Below are positions 61,945 through 64,000 of a DNA stretch of 64,000 nucleotides, piece by piece (position 1 is the first letter of the stretch; each line of letters opens with the position of its first letter). Position numbers and translations under genes: made by a program. Origin of the DNA: Callorhinchus milii. Its lineage: Eukaryota. Where the stretch lies: positions 109,370,001 through 109,434,000 of the forward strand of contig NW_024704742.1 in NCBI RefSeq assembly GCF_018977255.1, read 5' to 3'. A model generated the notes under the pieces. The model had not been told where the DNA came from. It did not search any database and saw only the letters and a program-made list of their open reading frames with translations.

Positions 61945-64000
61945 TTGCGTCACAGAAAATATAAGAGGGATCCACAAAGCGGTTTATCGAGCTAAAGAGA
62001 AAGTGGTTTACAGGCTTTCGGTTGGGTGCAATGTTCTCTTGATAGCAATAAAAAAACTATATTGTAGTCACATTTGAAATGTATAGAATAACACAATGAA
62101 TTTTACCAATGAAGCCTGCCCCATTGTTTAGGACTTTTATCAGGACCAGTGCTGCTTTTTTTCCTGGTTAGCTTATTCCCCCTCCCCCCACGGTCACTTG
62201 CTATGCTCTTGTAGTCTTAGTAGCAAACTGTTTGAGTGTGTACGTGAGTGAGAAGGGGGTATGAGGGGCATGTGGGGGGAAGGGTGTTTGGCTCCTCGGT
62301 GGATTCCAATGGTGATATGAATTGACCTGTTTGAAAGGATGAGGACGAAAGACTGACAGGAACCCTGCACCTTGTAACTTGCTTAGTTCTTTGATGAAGT
62401 ATGTAAAATCTGATCATGTTCATTATTAAACAACCTGGGGTGCCAGTCTATGGTTAGACTCTCATCTGCAACCTCAGAACAGTGACTAAAACAAACATAA
62501 GTTTGGCAAACGGGACATTTATTCAAGAGATCTGATTTAACTTTTTGTTCAGCAAACAGTTGATATTGAACTCCATCCTAAGGACTTTAAGAATGAGCAG
62601 ACTGTACCTTTGGTAAAGATATCTGGTAAAGTGGGAAAGGAAAATGCAGACCTCAAAGCTTCAGAGGGCCCAATATTTCTTAGTAGCCTTAAGGCTATTG
62701 TTTTAAAATGTAAAATTGTTTGCAGAAAGATGGATTTTTAAAAAAAAAATTGGTCTATTTTGGAAGTTTGATTTCTGCAGGACTCAAAGAGAATTGCAGA
62801 AAAACTGTTTAAAACCATTTTTAAAAAATGAAGAATGAATTGAAGAATTTTCCAAATTTCGAAAACGTGATACCCTTTCGAATTTCTAAGTCGTTGGTAC
62901 AAGGCTAAGGTCAGAACAAATGTCAGACTTCTGATGCCACAGGGCCCAGGGATTGATGGATGCAGAAGGACAATACATGGTGCTGATCTTTATTGATGGT
63001 GGTGATTCAGAATGATACTGCCAAGTCGGTATTGGGGTATTTTTGACTTGGCAGAGTGATGGAGGTAAATCCACTGTTAGGTCTCCAATTGTCGTGCTTT
63101 TTCTTGTAACAGAAAATTCAGTGTTACAGCCAGAGCTGGGAAAAGGAGAAACGCTTTGTGCACTGGTGAGACCAGACGCAGGGAAGGGACCTGGACTGGT
63201 GCTGGACTCGATGCCATATTTCATTTATATATCCTAGGGCCTTCCTCAGTTTAAGCAGCAGGAACCAAACCCTCAGATGGACACCAGCCATCAATGGGAG
63301 CTAAAGAAACATTAAAAATAGAAACAACCTTAATAATCGGCAGAGTTTCCACCCTCTGGCACCAATCAGTACAGTGGCCAGGAGGCACTAACCTCCTTAA
63401 ATCTGGCAGGCATGAGCGGCCCAGGGAAAAATGCAGGAACCATAGTATTCTGCCAGAACTAGGGAAATGGCTTCAGTCCTACAGAAACACATCATTAACC
63501 GACTGTTTAATACAGAATCCACCAGCTTGTCCCCACGTTCACAGGAGCTCGCTAGCTTTTTTTTTGCCTGTGATAAACCCCGGGCTAACGATTTAAAATA
63601 AATTGTGTTTTATGTAAGTTTGAATGGTGCCTGGTGATGATACGATTGAAGTCCACAATGATAATAGGATCAAAATTGTAATATTTACAAACTGGATTCA
63701 CAAAGGATCGTAAATATGAAATCCTGCTGGTAACCATATGTGCGTCACAACAACCCAGGGGAACTCCTCTCCCCTGCATCCCCATATGGAGATTGCACCA
63801 GAGCGGAGTTCCTCTGGGTTGGCAGGATGCCCATCTGGTTCCCGGCAGGTTTCAATATTTACAATGCTTTGCGAATCCGGGCAGTTTTTACCTCAAATAT
63901 TGTGAATTAACAGCAAATTGCTTTTTTCCAATAACCGGCCAACTAAATTGAACAAAAAGGGGATTGTCACATCATTAGCTTAGGGTAAGTGTTGGGATAA

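Noticed and set aside
43977..64000. Expected next MCTP exon (transmembrane, VWNFELYM)
   Set aside because: No matching splice-flanked sequence was found by eye; it probably lies beyond the window.
1..64000. CRISPR arrays, operons or other prokaryotic systems
   Set aside because: Spliced vertebrate gene with SINE/LINE repeats; no regularly spaced repeat-spacer structure.

Overview
This is AT-rich vertebrate genomic DNA. The repeat content (Deu-type tRNA SINEs, L2 and CR1 LINE remnants) suggests a cartilaginous fish, possibly a chimaera; that assignment is inference. The whole window lies inside a + strand MCTP1-like gene (multiple C2 and transmembrane domain protein). Seven internal exons (1676-1862, 14444-14537, 23568-23670, 27423-27525, 27842-27943, 28189-28263, 43857-43976; 784 nt, all GT-AG, phases consistent) encode the end of C2B, all of C2C and the pre-transmembrane linker. 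The gene start and end lie outside the window. Most ORFs in the supplied track are spurious or retroelement-derived. Main non-obvious content: (1) a full-length U5 snRNA gene antisense in an intron, with a PSE, an SPH/ZNF143 element and a partial 3' box at canonical spacing, but a variant Sm site; (2) a decayed 28S rRNA fragment that ends in the local SINE/L2 3' tail motif; (3) a 324-nt AG-free zone before one C2C exon; (4) repeat-free, enhancer-like blocks; (5) several palindromic MITE-like elements and a decayed RT from a different non-LTR clade. All family assignments come from recalled consensus sequences, not database searches. Repeat boundaries are approximate.
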